From: the human T2T-CHM13v2.0 reference genome, Homo sapiens
Direction: 5' to 3' (one strand)
Assembly (NCBI RefSeq): GCF_009914755.1
Contig: NC_060933.1
Length of the DNA stretch: 64,000 nt
Below, piece after piece: positions 1-12,103 of the stretch. Under the pieces are notes generated by a model. It was not told the DNA's origin, searched no databases, and worked only from the letters and a program-made list of their open reading frames with translations. The translations under genes were made by a program, and so were the position numbers. Position 1 is the stretch's first letter. Each line of letters starts with the position of its first letter.

Positions 1-19
1 TGGCTAGTTTCTGATTACT

Positions 20-740
20 TCAGATACCTAATGGAAATCTCAAAGAAAGTATGACTCAAGAGAAATTGTTGATTTCCATCTCCCAGCTACTACCAAACCT
101 GTTTATGCTTATCCATTTCATTTGATGGCAAGTCCTTCCTCTGGTTGCTTAAACCCAAAGACTTTATAATATGTAGAATCAACTACTTCTCACCATGTCT
201 ACTGAGGTGTGAATTACTACTGTTTTCCTCTTGGATAAAGTCAATATCTAAAGAGGGGACTTTTCCTAAAAGTGTCCTCTTACAGTCAGTTACCAACACA
301 ATATCCACAGTCATCCTTTTTACATAAAAGAGCGTGTCACTTCTCTTCTTAGGACCTGTAGTGACCCTCTCTTTCATTGATGGTAAAATTCTAAGGCAGT
401 GTGAGTTTTAAAATACCCTGTAAATATGTACAATTATTATGTCATTTAAATATAATATATATTTTTAAAAATTAAAAACGTATATCAAGGCCCAAATTAC
501 TTCTGTGTGCTCATCGTTAACTCCCCTTCCTCACTCATCTCCAGCCACACTGGTTTCCTTGAACCCCTTCAAACAAGCCAGATATGGGGCTGTCTTGGGC
601 TTTTGCACCATCTTTTCCCTCTGCCTGGGTTCCCTTCTTTCAGATATCTACATGTTTAATCCCTCACCACCTTTAAATTTTTGCATAAATGCTATCTTTT
701 CAATGATGTTTTCTACGGCCTCCCTACTTAGCATCTCAAC
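20..740 (+). mobile_element. L2 (L2a/b-like) 3' region fragments
   Basis: Degenerate L2 motifs, e.g. 'ccagccacactggtttccttg...ccctctgcctgg...cagatatctacatg'; boundaries approximate. Confidence 0.6.
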
Positions 741-1079
741 CTGTTTCTTGGACCAGCATTAGAAAATGAATATAGAGAGATGAACACAATATATATGGCC
801 CTGCCCTCATAGTCCTAGCAATCTACAGGGACACAAAATAATATGCAAAAAAGTATTTGAATTATCTTCAGCACCTTTCTAAAGAAAAAAAGCTACTTAA
901 AACTTACACTTAGAAATGCTCAATATGAGTCAATACATTATGTCACCACCTAAAGTAACAAGATGTTAGGCTGCAACTGCTGTATGTTTTGAATGAGACT
1001 CATTACACTATGAAGTCACATACTTGTTTAATATTATAATAAGACAGAACTAAATTTAAATCATAGTTATACCAAACAC

Positions 1080-1200
1080 TAGCTACACTGAATCTCTACA
1101 TCTCAATGTTCTCACCAGCAAAATCAAGCTTATAATAATACTAGCTTCTTCAAGTTATTTAAAAGATAAATGAGCTAAGACATGTAATGCTCATAGCCCA
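1080..1200 (+). mobile_element. MIR core fragment
   Basis: 'tctcaatgttctcaccagcaaaat...aataatactagcttcttcaagttatttaaaagataaatgagctaa' resembles the MIR core. Confidence 0.5.
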
Positions 1201-2176
1201 TTTAGAAAGGCAAAATATAAGGTATAGTACATAGAAACCACTGACCATTGGTAATTCTGAAACACTACAGGTCAGACAGTTTGAATGAACCATATACTAA
1301 AGGTTGGAAAAGTTATTTGATTAAACTCTGCCTTTTTTTTTTCTGGGAAGAACACATAGATTAATCACTTTGTATAATCCCAACCTCTCCCTTCTTGGGA
1401 GTGGGGATAGGGGAAACAGTTTTCATCATCTATGATCTTAAGTTTCCTCATGCTCTTTCTCATTGTTAAGACAATACCACTTATTTTAGCTTATTGTTAC
1501 AATAGTATTTCATTTTTTTCTAACAACTTGGTATTAGTCAAGATGGGATATAATAACAAATGACTCTTGAAATCTTCATGGGTGCCATGGGAAGTTTCAA
1601 GAACACAACTTGAAAGTGAATTGCATGACTTTGTTCTGTGTTTCATTGACCACTACTCATTCAGTGAGCCTGAAAGTAACTGTGTATATCACTGTTAGTA
1701 TACTATGCATGCCAGATACCCAAGACTCAAACTTTTCCTTTCCTTTAGATACCACCTACTTAGTCATCAATTTTGGTTCAACCTACTCCACTAAATAGCT
1801 TTGACTTCCATTCACTTACCACTTTAGATTAGTGCTATAGACTCCTATTTTACCTCCTTCATATCAATCCCCTTAAAACTCCCAATAGCTTCCATTGTTT
1901 CAACCAAAAGCTCAAATTCCTTTAATATAAAGTGTTATATGAACTGGCACCCTATATACTTTATATCCTAATCTCTCATCTTTCATTTATTTCTTTAACT
2001 CCTGACTCATGTAACAAAAATGTATTTATCTCAGCACGTATTTACTCCCTTGTTATGCTCTCCCAAATGTCCCTGTATTTTTCATTGAATAGCAATTGCC
2101 ACATTTTATTTTATATGCTTGTGTTACCATTTATATATATATTTACTACAGACTCTGCTTTTAGAAGGCATACACT

Positions 2177-2549
<373 letters not shown>

Positions 2550-5121
2550 TCAAAAGAATAATTTTAATTTCAATTAATTGATTATGGCCTTTATCATTTT
2601 AAGATTTTTATATGTCTACTTTTATGAACTCTAGGCTAGTTTTTTCCACTTTTATTTCTACAATCATGGGGCCTATTTTATATTTTCTCTTGCACTTGAT
2701 TATAGAAGAGATTGAAATGAGTTAGGAAACATGTACTTGAAACCAATAATGGGCACACTTTACAGGATTTCAAAATCTAAAAATATCATAACATAACTTC
2801 AGGGAAGAGTAAGAAGTATTGGTGTCATTTTTTTCCTTTTAGTAGATTAGTTGAAGAGGTAAATTGAACATGGACTATATGTCAGACTTTTTTTTCCAAA
2901 TTATATTCTTAAATATATAGTAAAACATATGCTAGAGACAGTTTTTTAATAACAAACAATATTTGAATTGAGATCCTGAAGAAAAATAAATTAACTGTGT
3001 AAAAATGTATTACTAAATATCTGCATTTTCTAGAGATGTATCCTTAAGTATGTAGTTATAAAATTACACTCTGAGATATATTTTTAAAATAATTTGGCAA
3101 GAAGAGAACAGGGATACCTTAAGCAGAAACAACAAAATTATGATAATTGTTGAATATGTGTGATGGTTGTATGTTAATGTATTGATTATTTTGTGTGGGT
3201 ATGAAAACATGATAATAAAATCAAATTACAAAAAAATAAAAAATACCTCTTGCTTTTTTAGCAGCTTATTACATTGTTTATAACAGTGTCTACAGCGCTA
3301 TGATTGGTCAGAGCCAGAGACTATAACATTTAATAAAACGAGTCCTCTAGAAGCTCATGGGAGTTCATTTACGGCAGCAAAGACCTATATTAAATGGACT
3401 GAATATTTAAGGAGTAATTATGTTGAGTAATGTGTTTATTTATAGTTTTAATTATACATTATCTTTTTTGGTTATCTTTAAAATATATTAAGCTTATGCA
3501 AATAGGATATGCATCATAACCCAGGATCTATTATCTGAATTGCTTATATACTTATAATAACATAACTTTAAAAGAAAGAATCAAACCATATTGCTAGCTT
3601 ACAGGTTGGATCTTTCTAGACAATAGTTATTTACCTGAATGTTTATTTTTGTTTTGCATCTTCATCAGTTAAAACCAACAGTTACAATACAAATGAAAGT
3701 TAAAAAATAATAATATTATTAATGTGAAATTTCAATGTGCTTAGCAATAAATAATGGGAATAAGAATTATCCAGGATGTACTAAATGCTACAAGAATTAT
3801 ATAAGTCTAATGAACATGATGCTTTTGAACTTAAGTAAATTCTATGTGCTTAACTATTTTTATTGTTTATAGATTTAGGACTTTTGAATGCATTCTTTTT
3901 TGCTGTTATGGGATATTATGAATTCACCTTAGTAGACTTTTGCTTACAGGACATAAAATTAATTTATTCTATGAATTTTTTCTTCTTTTCCTAAAAATGT
4001 GTAAGTTCTGTGATTTCTTGGACTAAAAGATATCTATTTACATAGTGAAAGGCCAGGCCTTGTAAAGATCGTGACAGTATTCAATCCTATTCTCGTTTTT
4101 TTGTTTCAATGTGTTGCTAGTTATCTTATCTCAGTGTATTGTATTTATATAACTGCATATTTGATTAAGATACCTAACCTATGAGACATATTAACATAAT
4201 GAACACATGTAAGCACACAACCCAATTTAAGCATAAGAACAGTATCAATAATTTTGCAGTTATCTTTCACTCTTTTTCAGTCACACAGAGACAACTATAC
4301 TCTTAATTTTGTGTTTAGAGTCCTCTATTTTCTTAATAGACAGATTGCACATGGTTAAAGGTCTATGTTTACATCAAGAGAGCCTGTGTCTGGATCTTGT
4401 TCACCCCGCTTATGTCTCTTTTGAAGTTATGCTTAAGCTTTATCCCTTGTTCCTTTATGGAAATTTGAGTATTTTAGGAAAAGTTAAAAAAAAAAAAAAA
4501 AGAAACTTTAAAGTAGAATGATAAAATCTAGTGTTTTTAGATACAGAAGTGAGAAGCTGAATACGGGTAAAGCATGATGGACTATGGGAAGAACGGAATT
4601 TCTTGTGTGTGACTGCTCATTCAATAAGCTATATTTTTTAAAGACCTGAACAGGTTATAGCTATTGGTTATCTACAAGTGGAATTCTCAAACACGAAAAT
4701 GAAAGCCTGACAAATAAGATGCTAATGAAATTTTCACTTAAAAAATAGAACAAGCGAAAGAGAGAAATAAAAGCACTAGCCCAGTAAGAACATCCTCTAT
4801 TTGCCTTACTCATAAGCCATTTCGGGGCCATATCTGCAAAACTAGGAAGAAACTGCTAAGTGCTAAAACATTTTAACCAATCACTTTAAGAAAGGCAGAG
4901 GAAGCAAATCACTCTAGTAGATAAAACAGGAGAGACTGAAGTTGCTATAGTTGTAATCTTTTTAAAAATAATCTATTTGTTTTGAAGAAAACCCCAATAG
5001 GAAGGTGTTTTCATTTTTAAAGGTATCTCTCTTCAGATACTATTTAATACTCAATGTGCTAATAATGTCAAAAATTGTTAAATGCGTATATATCTGTATT
5101 TCAAATAGGATAGTTTATCAA

Positions 5122-5552
5122 GTCAGGTTTTCCAAGAAGCTGATACTATGCAATTATAAGTCACTCAAAAGGTTATGAGAGGAACGTTAGTTAAAGATTA
5201 AGAAGAAAAAGCAGATCTAAGTGCAGGGAGTCTTCAGTGATGCAAGCCTGGCTTCTGTCAAAGGAGGGGGAGAAGGAAGAAGGATGAGAATGAAAGAGTC
5301 ACAGCCTGAAACACAGTTTAGGAAATTTTGGCCCGGACAATAGGAGTCTCCAGTCCAAAGTCTTCTGTTGGAAGGTTATCACAAATCTTAAAAATGGCCT
5401 TCATCAATACTCCGAGCATGCTCAGTCATTGGCCAGGAACAGCCAGAGAAAATATGGCCTGAGTGCAAAGATAGTCATACAACCAGAAAAACAGTAGCTG
5501 GGGCTGCCTGTCATCCATGCTCACTGAAGCAAGAGTTGTGAGTGGTGACCAC
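5122..5552 (-). mobile_element. ERVL solo LTR, LTR16A-like
   Basis: 'aaggagggggagaaggaagaagg', 'gctcagtcattggccaggaacagcc...atggcctgag' match the reverse complement of LTR16A. Confidence 0.6.
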
Positions 5553-6884
5553 ATATATCAAATATTTCTATGAAAAAAACAAAACAAAACAAAACAAAAC
5601 CCAATCAAGTGAAACTCCAAAATGATAACCTTTAATGCTTATTAGGTGGCACAAGTGTTAGGTTGGGTATTTTACTAAATATTTAATCATTATATATGCA
5701 CATATTTATGGGCATGTGAGCTTAATTTCTGTTTTTAAATTCAGAATGCTTCAATAATAACATTGCATTTTATATAATCCTGATTTTCTTTTTTAAAATC
5801 AGCTCAAAAGGAGAAGTTAAATATTCAGCTTTAATTTCACCAGTAGATTTTTAATGTTTTGTAATCATAATGTTTAATTTGTGCTGTTCTTAGAACTTTA
5901 ATTATGAAGCTAAATTGTACTAATACCCATTAGGTACTTCTTAATTGAAGGCACATCATATGTCTGATGTGGCAGTACTAATTCGTGTAATTAAATTCTA
6001 ATATGCTTCAGTAGCCTGATTTTTTTAAGTGAATAAAAAGCTGATAGAAATAAGTCAGCTCTTGAAGCTGCATAGTTGTATAATACATACACGTGTTTGC
6101 ATTTGTAACATGCACATTTATTCAGAAGAAACAACTCATTAATTTATTCCAAAACCATTTCACCTGATAACTTAAAATACAGAGTAAAACAAATTGGTCA
6201 GGTAAATATACATGTAACTTAAAAAGAAACAGTCATGTACTTTAGGCATAAGGACAATGCTTTTCTCTTTTACAAATTCTAAGTTAGGTCAAATTCTCTG
6301 AAAGTCACTACCTTTCTTTACTGTGATGTGTTTTCGGTGAAGTTACAGCCTATTTGCAAATCACATCACTGGTTTGTCCAAGCAGAGGTAGATGAGAGGT
6401 AAGCTCCTGTCCTGCTAAAAGTCTCCTAAAAACAGCAAGAAAATATTTTTACATGTTCAAAAATGCTCATTTATTTATATTCCTAAATTTTCTTTTACTC
6501 AGTATAATATAGATAATTTAAAAATAAGTAGAATATTTTTATTATATATGTTTTATTTTTATACTTCTAGTTAAATTAATAGTGGAACATTATATATCTG
6601 TTAAATGTTTTAAATTACATGGAATTAAAATATCAAAGTTAATTATGTTATTATAATTTTTAAATTTCAGAAACCTTCTTTAAAATTCTTACTGTTTTAT
6701 CTTAAAAAATTCATATAGAAATTGTGGTCAGATGTAAACTGTGACTCTGAGCACAAATCCCAATGCTATTGCCAATTAAATTCCAATTTTTGTGTTCACA
6801 CATGAAATGTAGTTTTTCTTTTATTGAGTTTTAAAAATCTGTAAGATTTACCTATCTGAATATACACTCAGGTCTAGCTTCATG

Positions 6885-7043
6885 TTCCTGTGACCTCTGT
6901 GGTCACACAAGGACCCATGTACATAATGACCTCATACTTGGCCTAATGCTCTGCTGTTGCCATCTTGAAACGCTTAACACTTTGAAAGAGGTACAACATC
7001 CACTTCATTTTGCACTGGGCCCTGCAAATCACGTAGACAGTCA
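6885..7043. mobile_element. MER91-like hAT DNA transposon fossil
   Basis: 'ctctgctgttgccatcttgaaa' and 'ttcattttgcactgggccctgcaaatcacgtag' are MER91 hallmarks. Confidence 0.6.
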
Positions 7044-7134
7044 TATATGAGTCCAGTATTTTCCTACCACCAGACATTTTGATGTACTGAAGAGATAAAA
7101 AAAAAACCCTAATAATTAGAAGTTTTAAAAGAAT

Positions 7135-7966
7135 TTTTTTTTTTTTGGAAGACTAGAGTTTTATTACTGAAATCAGTCTCCCCCAAAATTTAGAGACTGC
7201 ATTTTTTTATTATTTTTTATTTTTTTATTGATAATTCTTGGGTGTTTCTCACAGAGGGGGATTTGGCAGGGTCATGGGACAATAGTGGAGGGAAGGACAG
7301 CAGATAAACAAGCGCCTCTGCCCGGCCGCCCCTACTGGGAAGTGAGGAGCCCCTCTGCCCGGCCAGCCGCCCCGTCCGGGAGGGAGGTGGGGGTGTCAGC
7401 CCCCCACCCGGCCAGCCGCCCCGTCCGGGAGGGAGGTGGGGGGGGTCAGCACCCCCGCCCGGCCAGCCGCCCCGTCCGGGAGGTGAGGGGCGCCTCTGCC
7501 CGGCCGCCCCTACTGGGAAGTGAGGAGCCCCTCTGCCCGGCCATCACCCGGTCTGGGAGGTGTGCCCAACAGCTCATTGAGAACGGGCCAGGATGACAAT
7601 GGCGGCTTTGTGGAATAGAAAGGCGAGAAAGGTGGGGAAAAGATTGAGAAATCGGATGGTTGCCGTGTCTGTGTAGAAAGAAGTAGACATGGGAGACTTT
7701 TCATTTTGTTCTGCACTAAGAAAAATTCCTCTGCCTTGGGATCCTGTTGATCTGTGACCTTACCCCCAACCCTGTGCTCTCTGAAACATGTGCTGTGTCC
7801 ACTCAGGGTTAAATGGATTAAGGGCGGTGCAAGATGTGCTTTGTTAAACAGATGCTTGAAGGCAGCATGCTCGTTAAGAGTCATCACCAATCCCTAATCT
7901 CAAGTAATCAGGGACACAAACACTGCGGAAGGCCGCAGGGTCCTCTGCCTAGGAAAACCAGAGACC
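7135..7966 (-). mobile_element. SVA (SVA_E-like), 5'-truncated, with 5' inversion and 3' transduction
   Basis: 7224-7312 is the reverse complement of the SINE-R 3' end. 7311-7968 is VNTR plus SINE-R on the + strand. Two A-tails (7134-7146, 7202-7223). TSD ttaaaagaat at 7125-7134 and 7967-7976. Confidence 0.93.
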
Positions 7967-8015
7967 TTAAAAGAATATTTTTAAGAGTTGTTGTTTGTTT
8001 GTTTGTTTTTTAATC

Positions 8016-8612
8016 CTAGATGTCTCAAGCTTGCCTTCCATTAGATAATGCAGTAAGGAACCCCCAGTTTACAACACAGGGCAGGCAGGAAGACAACCAA
8101 CTCAATGGGATCTCTGTCCTGTGCAGTCATCACCAGCTGATCCTTCTTTTTCTCCGCTAAGGTGGTGACAGCGTTAACCCCCATTAAAAGGACAGGTGAT
8201 CTCTCAGTGGGGATGTCTCCTTTGCTTTCTTCTCAGCCCAGGCCAACAGTCTCTGCTGCTTCTCTTGCTTTGTCTCTGGTCTGTACTTGCCAGCCAGCTT
8301 ACCCCATTGAGCAGCTGTTTGGTGGTCCAAGGCCCTGGTGAACTGACTAATCACAGAAGGCACTTCTAGCTGCTTATAGAGGATGGCTCTCTGCTGCTGC
8401 AACCTAGTATAATGGGGCCATTTGACAAAGCAAGTGAGGTCCCTTTTGGGCTGGATGTTCTGTCCAGTGCCAAAATGTCCTGTCCAGTGCCAAATTTCTC
8501 AAATGGAAGATTCACCACTTTCATGGTCTCCTGCTTTTTCAAGACCGCAAGGGTCAGCACCACCTTCTTCCCTTTGGCCTTCTTTCTTTTTCACACCTTG
8601 GGTAGCTGGAGA
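8016..8612 (-). pseudogene. RPL7A: Processed pseudogene of 60S ribosomal protein L7a, 3'-truncated and frameshifted
   Basis: ORF 8184-8402 [27 protein letters not shown]...[22 protein letters not shown] matches RPL7A. Upstream 'aaagaaggccaaagggaagaaggtgg' matches the N-terminus and downstream sequence matches GVPYCII. Intronless, start codon lost, indels. Confidence 0.92.
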
Positions 8613-11289
8613 ACAGAATAATAAGATCTTGAGAGAAAAATAAGTTGAAGCCAGAGGTAAAACTGAATATTGGTAATATCTTTTTGTTTTAGGGTTGCTT
8701 TCCATTTTAGAAAGTAATTCAGAGTGTTATTTTTTAAAAATCATATATCAGAGTTCTCTAATAAATTTCAAACTTAAAAGAACATTTAACTTCATAAGAG
8801 AAGAGAAATGTTTCATGAACATATTTTAAAGATAGGGAAACTAGAATACAATTTGGAGTAAAACTAATATTTTAAGTAACCTGGAGATAGGACTCATATC
8901 TTTTAATAGAACATGCATTCTAACAAGCCAGTGATTTTTCAAAGTTTTCTAAAACACTTTTCTCAAACCACATTTAACCTAGAAGTAGAAACAAATAAAA
9001 GACACAAAATTAGAGTTAATTTTATTGTAACTGGGTTGGCTCCAGAGATTATAGTTAGGAAGTGATTACATTAAGCTCTACATATGCAGCATTCTAGCAA
9101 ATTTCAATGCAGTAGACAAAATCTATAAATAATGTGAAACACATATTAACATGTTAAGCATAATATGCATTCATTGTCTTCAACAGAATAGTTCTCCATT
9201 AATTTTTTAAATGTAATACAATTTTACTTCAAAAACACTGAAAAATCAACATATTTCATTAAGAAAAAATTATAAATGTTGCAAAATGATGATGAAAATA
9301 CGTATAGTAATAATTCCCAACTATAACAATTTTGTTTTATCTAATACTGGTCAGCTTTCCATGTGTCCAAGCATTACAGGACTTTTCATTAAGCCTAATC
9401 CTCACAAGAACATTGCTTTGAGCGATGTTCCAGAGTGGTAGTCCTTTAAGGCATTAGAACGATTTGTGAAATCCCTAAAAATACTAGGGGAAATATTCAA
9501 AAAATGACAATAGTGCCATTATTCCTCCTCCTCAAAGAGACTATCAGAACTAAAACTCTTTGCTTCATGTTCCTGTTTACTTCTGTCACTTTCAAGTCAC
9601 AGAGGTATTATCAGACTGTCATCATTATATGACTCTGCTTTTCCAACAGAATCAATTACCTATCCCTTATCTCACAACTTGATAGTGATAGATATTGAAT
9701 GCTTATGTTCTGATTAGCAAACTCTTTTTGCATTTTTAATAACAACTTGAACTCCTGATATGTCTGGAAAATATAACCCCTTCAACAGCCCTTTCAATGG
9801 GTTGCTACTATTTTGCTCACCCCATCTTCACCTGCCTAATCATGAGGAGGTGGGGTATATACAATTTCAGTTAATTTGTAGTTATCAGTCTATTATAGTT
9901 CTTTCCTTCTGAAAACCAACAAGTAAATAAACCAGCAAGCATCACCAATAAACTTTGACAGTTTATGGTTCATAACGTACGTCTACACCAAACTTTCCAT
10001 TCAAATGCTTTTTCAAACCTTTGTTTGGTTTCTTTCTCTATTAAGACAACTTTTGCTTTTGGCTTTCAAAGACATTCTCTCCATTATAAACTCTGTCGTT
10101 ATTCTCTATTGTGCTTACCTCAAACTGGTAACTCTTTCAAATCTTACCTGTCAGTTTCTTGACCACCATGCATGTTAATAACATTTCTTCTCTATTTTAG
10201 ACAGCAAATGTTTCTCAATATTAAAAAAAAAAAAATCCTACTCTTTGGTCCTCTCTACCTCCCATTTCATCCAATATCGCTTGTTCAAGACCTGAACTCG
10301 TACAGGTTTTTAACCTGTTGAAGACTGTCACTCTATGGACTCTACTCTCTTCTCTCTCCTCCATAGCCTTCTCATTGCCTATCTTCCCTACTTGTCCAGG
10401 AAATGATGACATGTTTCATCACTATAATTAATCCATTTCAAATGGCCTTTATGCCAAATGATTTTATTATATACTCTTTCTGTGCCATGCCTTGTTTTCC
10501 AAATTTACCACAGTACAAATTTTACAATTAGTTTTCCATTACTGAATTAGTACCAATCTCTGTCTTAAAAAATAAATACAGTAAAAAATGATAATGAATT
10601 TATTTCTTCTTATAATACTATCACTGGTGCATGGTTAGAATAAATTAATCTTAGGATGATATAAGCATTTCTCCAAATGGTCTTCAAATTCATTGATTTT
10701 TTTGTGATTTCAATTTCCATATTTATTGTTCCTGTTGCAATTTTTTCAGATTTTATATGTATTAACTCAGAACACATACCTCTTATCACACATATTTTTT
10801 CATGTAATTTATCTAAATCTTATAGAAAAGGGTACATTTGCATTTTCTCTTATTAGACTCCTGATTTCAAATAATATATTACTTATGAGTATTTTTCTGT
10901 GCTGTAGTTATTCATTCTCATAGATATGTAACATAATTCCTTTTGCAAAGGTAAAAATTGAGCTATCTCTTGTTGAGGATTTGTTGATCTCTGTCTAAAG
11001 TTTCAAAAATAAGAACTTTAAAAGCAAAATGTAAATTCCTTTCAAGTTTTAGTAAAATTACTTCAAACTTAGTAGCTTAAACAATACAGATTTATTATGT
11101 TACAGTTCTGTAAGACAGAAATCTGACTTGATCACACCATGGTAAAACCAAGATACTGCCAGGGTTGGTTTTTTCTTGGGGGGGGGTCTGTGGGAAGAGT
11201 TTGTTTCCTTTGGTTTTCCACAGCCCAGAGGCTGCTTGCATTCCTTTGATCACTGTCCCTTCCTCCATTTTTAAAATGAGGAATGGAGT

Positions 11290-11515
11290 CAGGGTGACTA
11301 TGGTTAGCAATATTGTATTGTATATTTCAAAATAGCTAGAAGAGAGGATTTTTGAATTCTCTCACCGTAAAGATATCAAAGATGTATGAAGTGAAGAATA
11401 TGTTGAATATCCTGATTCAATATTTAAACTATACATACACGTGTTGAAACATCACACTGTATCCCATAAATATGTACAATAATTATGTGTCATAAAACAA
11501 GATTTAAATTGTTTT
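11290..11515 (+). mobile_element. L1MA-type 3' end fragment nested in MLT1D
   Basis: 'agggtgactatggttagcaatattgtattgtatatttcaaaatagctagaagagagga...catcacactgtatcccataaatatgtacaat'. Confidence 0.75.
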
Positions 11516-11750
11516 AAAGGGCCAGCAATGGCAGTTTGTGAGTTCCCATCTCATCACTCTAACTTCTTCTGCCTCCTTCCACTTGTAAATGTCCTTCTGA
11601 TTATTTTGGTCCCATCAGGATAATCCAGAATAACTTTCCTATCTTAATATCAACTGACGAACAACCTTAGTTTAGTCTACAATTTCAATTTTCCTTTGCC
11701 ATGCAACTAACATATTCACAAATTCTGGGGACTAGAATGTGGACACCCGT

Positions 11751-12103
11751 TGTATTAGTTTGTCCTCACACTGCTAATAAAGACACAGCTGAGACTGGGT
11801 AATTTATAAAAGAAAGAGATTTAACTGACTTATAGTTCCACATGGCTGGTGAGCCCTCAAAATCATGGTGGAAAGCGAATGAGAAGCAATGTTGCATCCC
11901 ACGTGGTGGCAGGCAAGAGAGCTTGTGCAGGAGAACTCCCGTTTATAAACCCAGCAGATCTCGTGAAACTTATTTACTACCACAAGAACAGCATGGGATA
12001 AACCTTCCCCATGATTAAATTCTCTCTACCTGACCCCATTCTTCACATGGAATTATTACAATTCAAGGTGAGATTTGGGTGGGGATACAGCCAAATCACA
12101 TCA
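11751..12103 (-). mobile_element. THE1 (THE1B/C-like) solo LTR nested in MLT1D
   Basis: Begins 'tgtattagtt...ctgctaataaagac...gagactgggtaatttataaa' and ends 'gagatttgggtggggatacagccaaatcacatca'. Confidence 0.85.

Noticed and set aside
7313-7560. GC/CpG-rich tandem repeats resembling a CpG island or a repeat-spacer array
   Set aside because: This is the SVA VNTR; there are no unique spacers or cas genes, and the DNA is human
7228-7890. 122-aa and 126-aa ORFs
   Set aside because: Both lie entirely within SVA VNTR/SINE-R sequence; one spans the inversion junction
8184-8402. Functional RPL7A coding sequence
   Set aside because: Lost start codon, frameshifts, internal duplication and missing 3' end indicate a pseudogene
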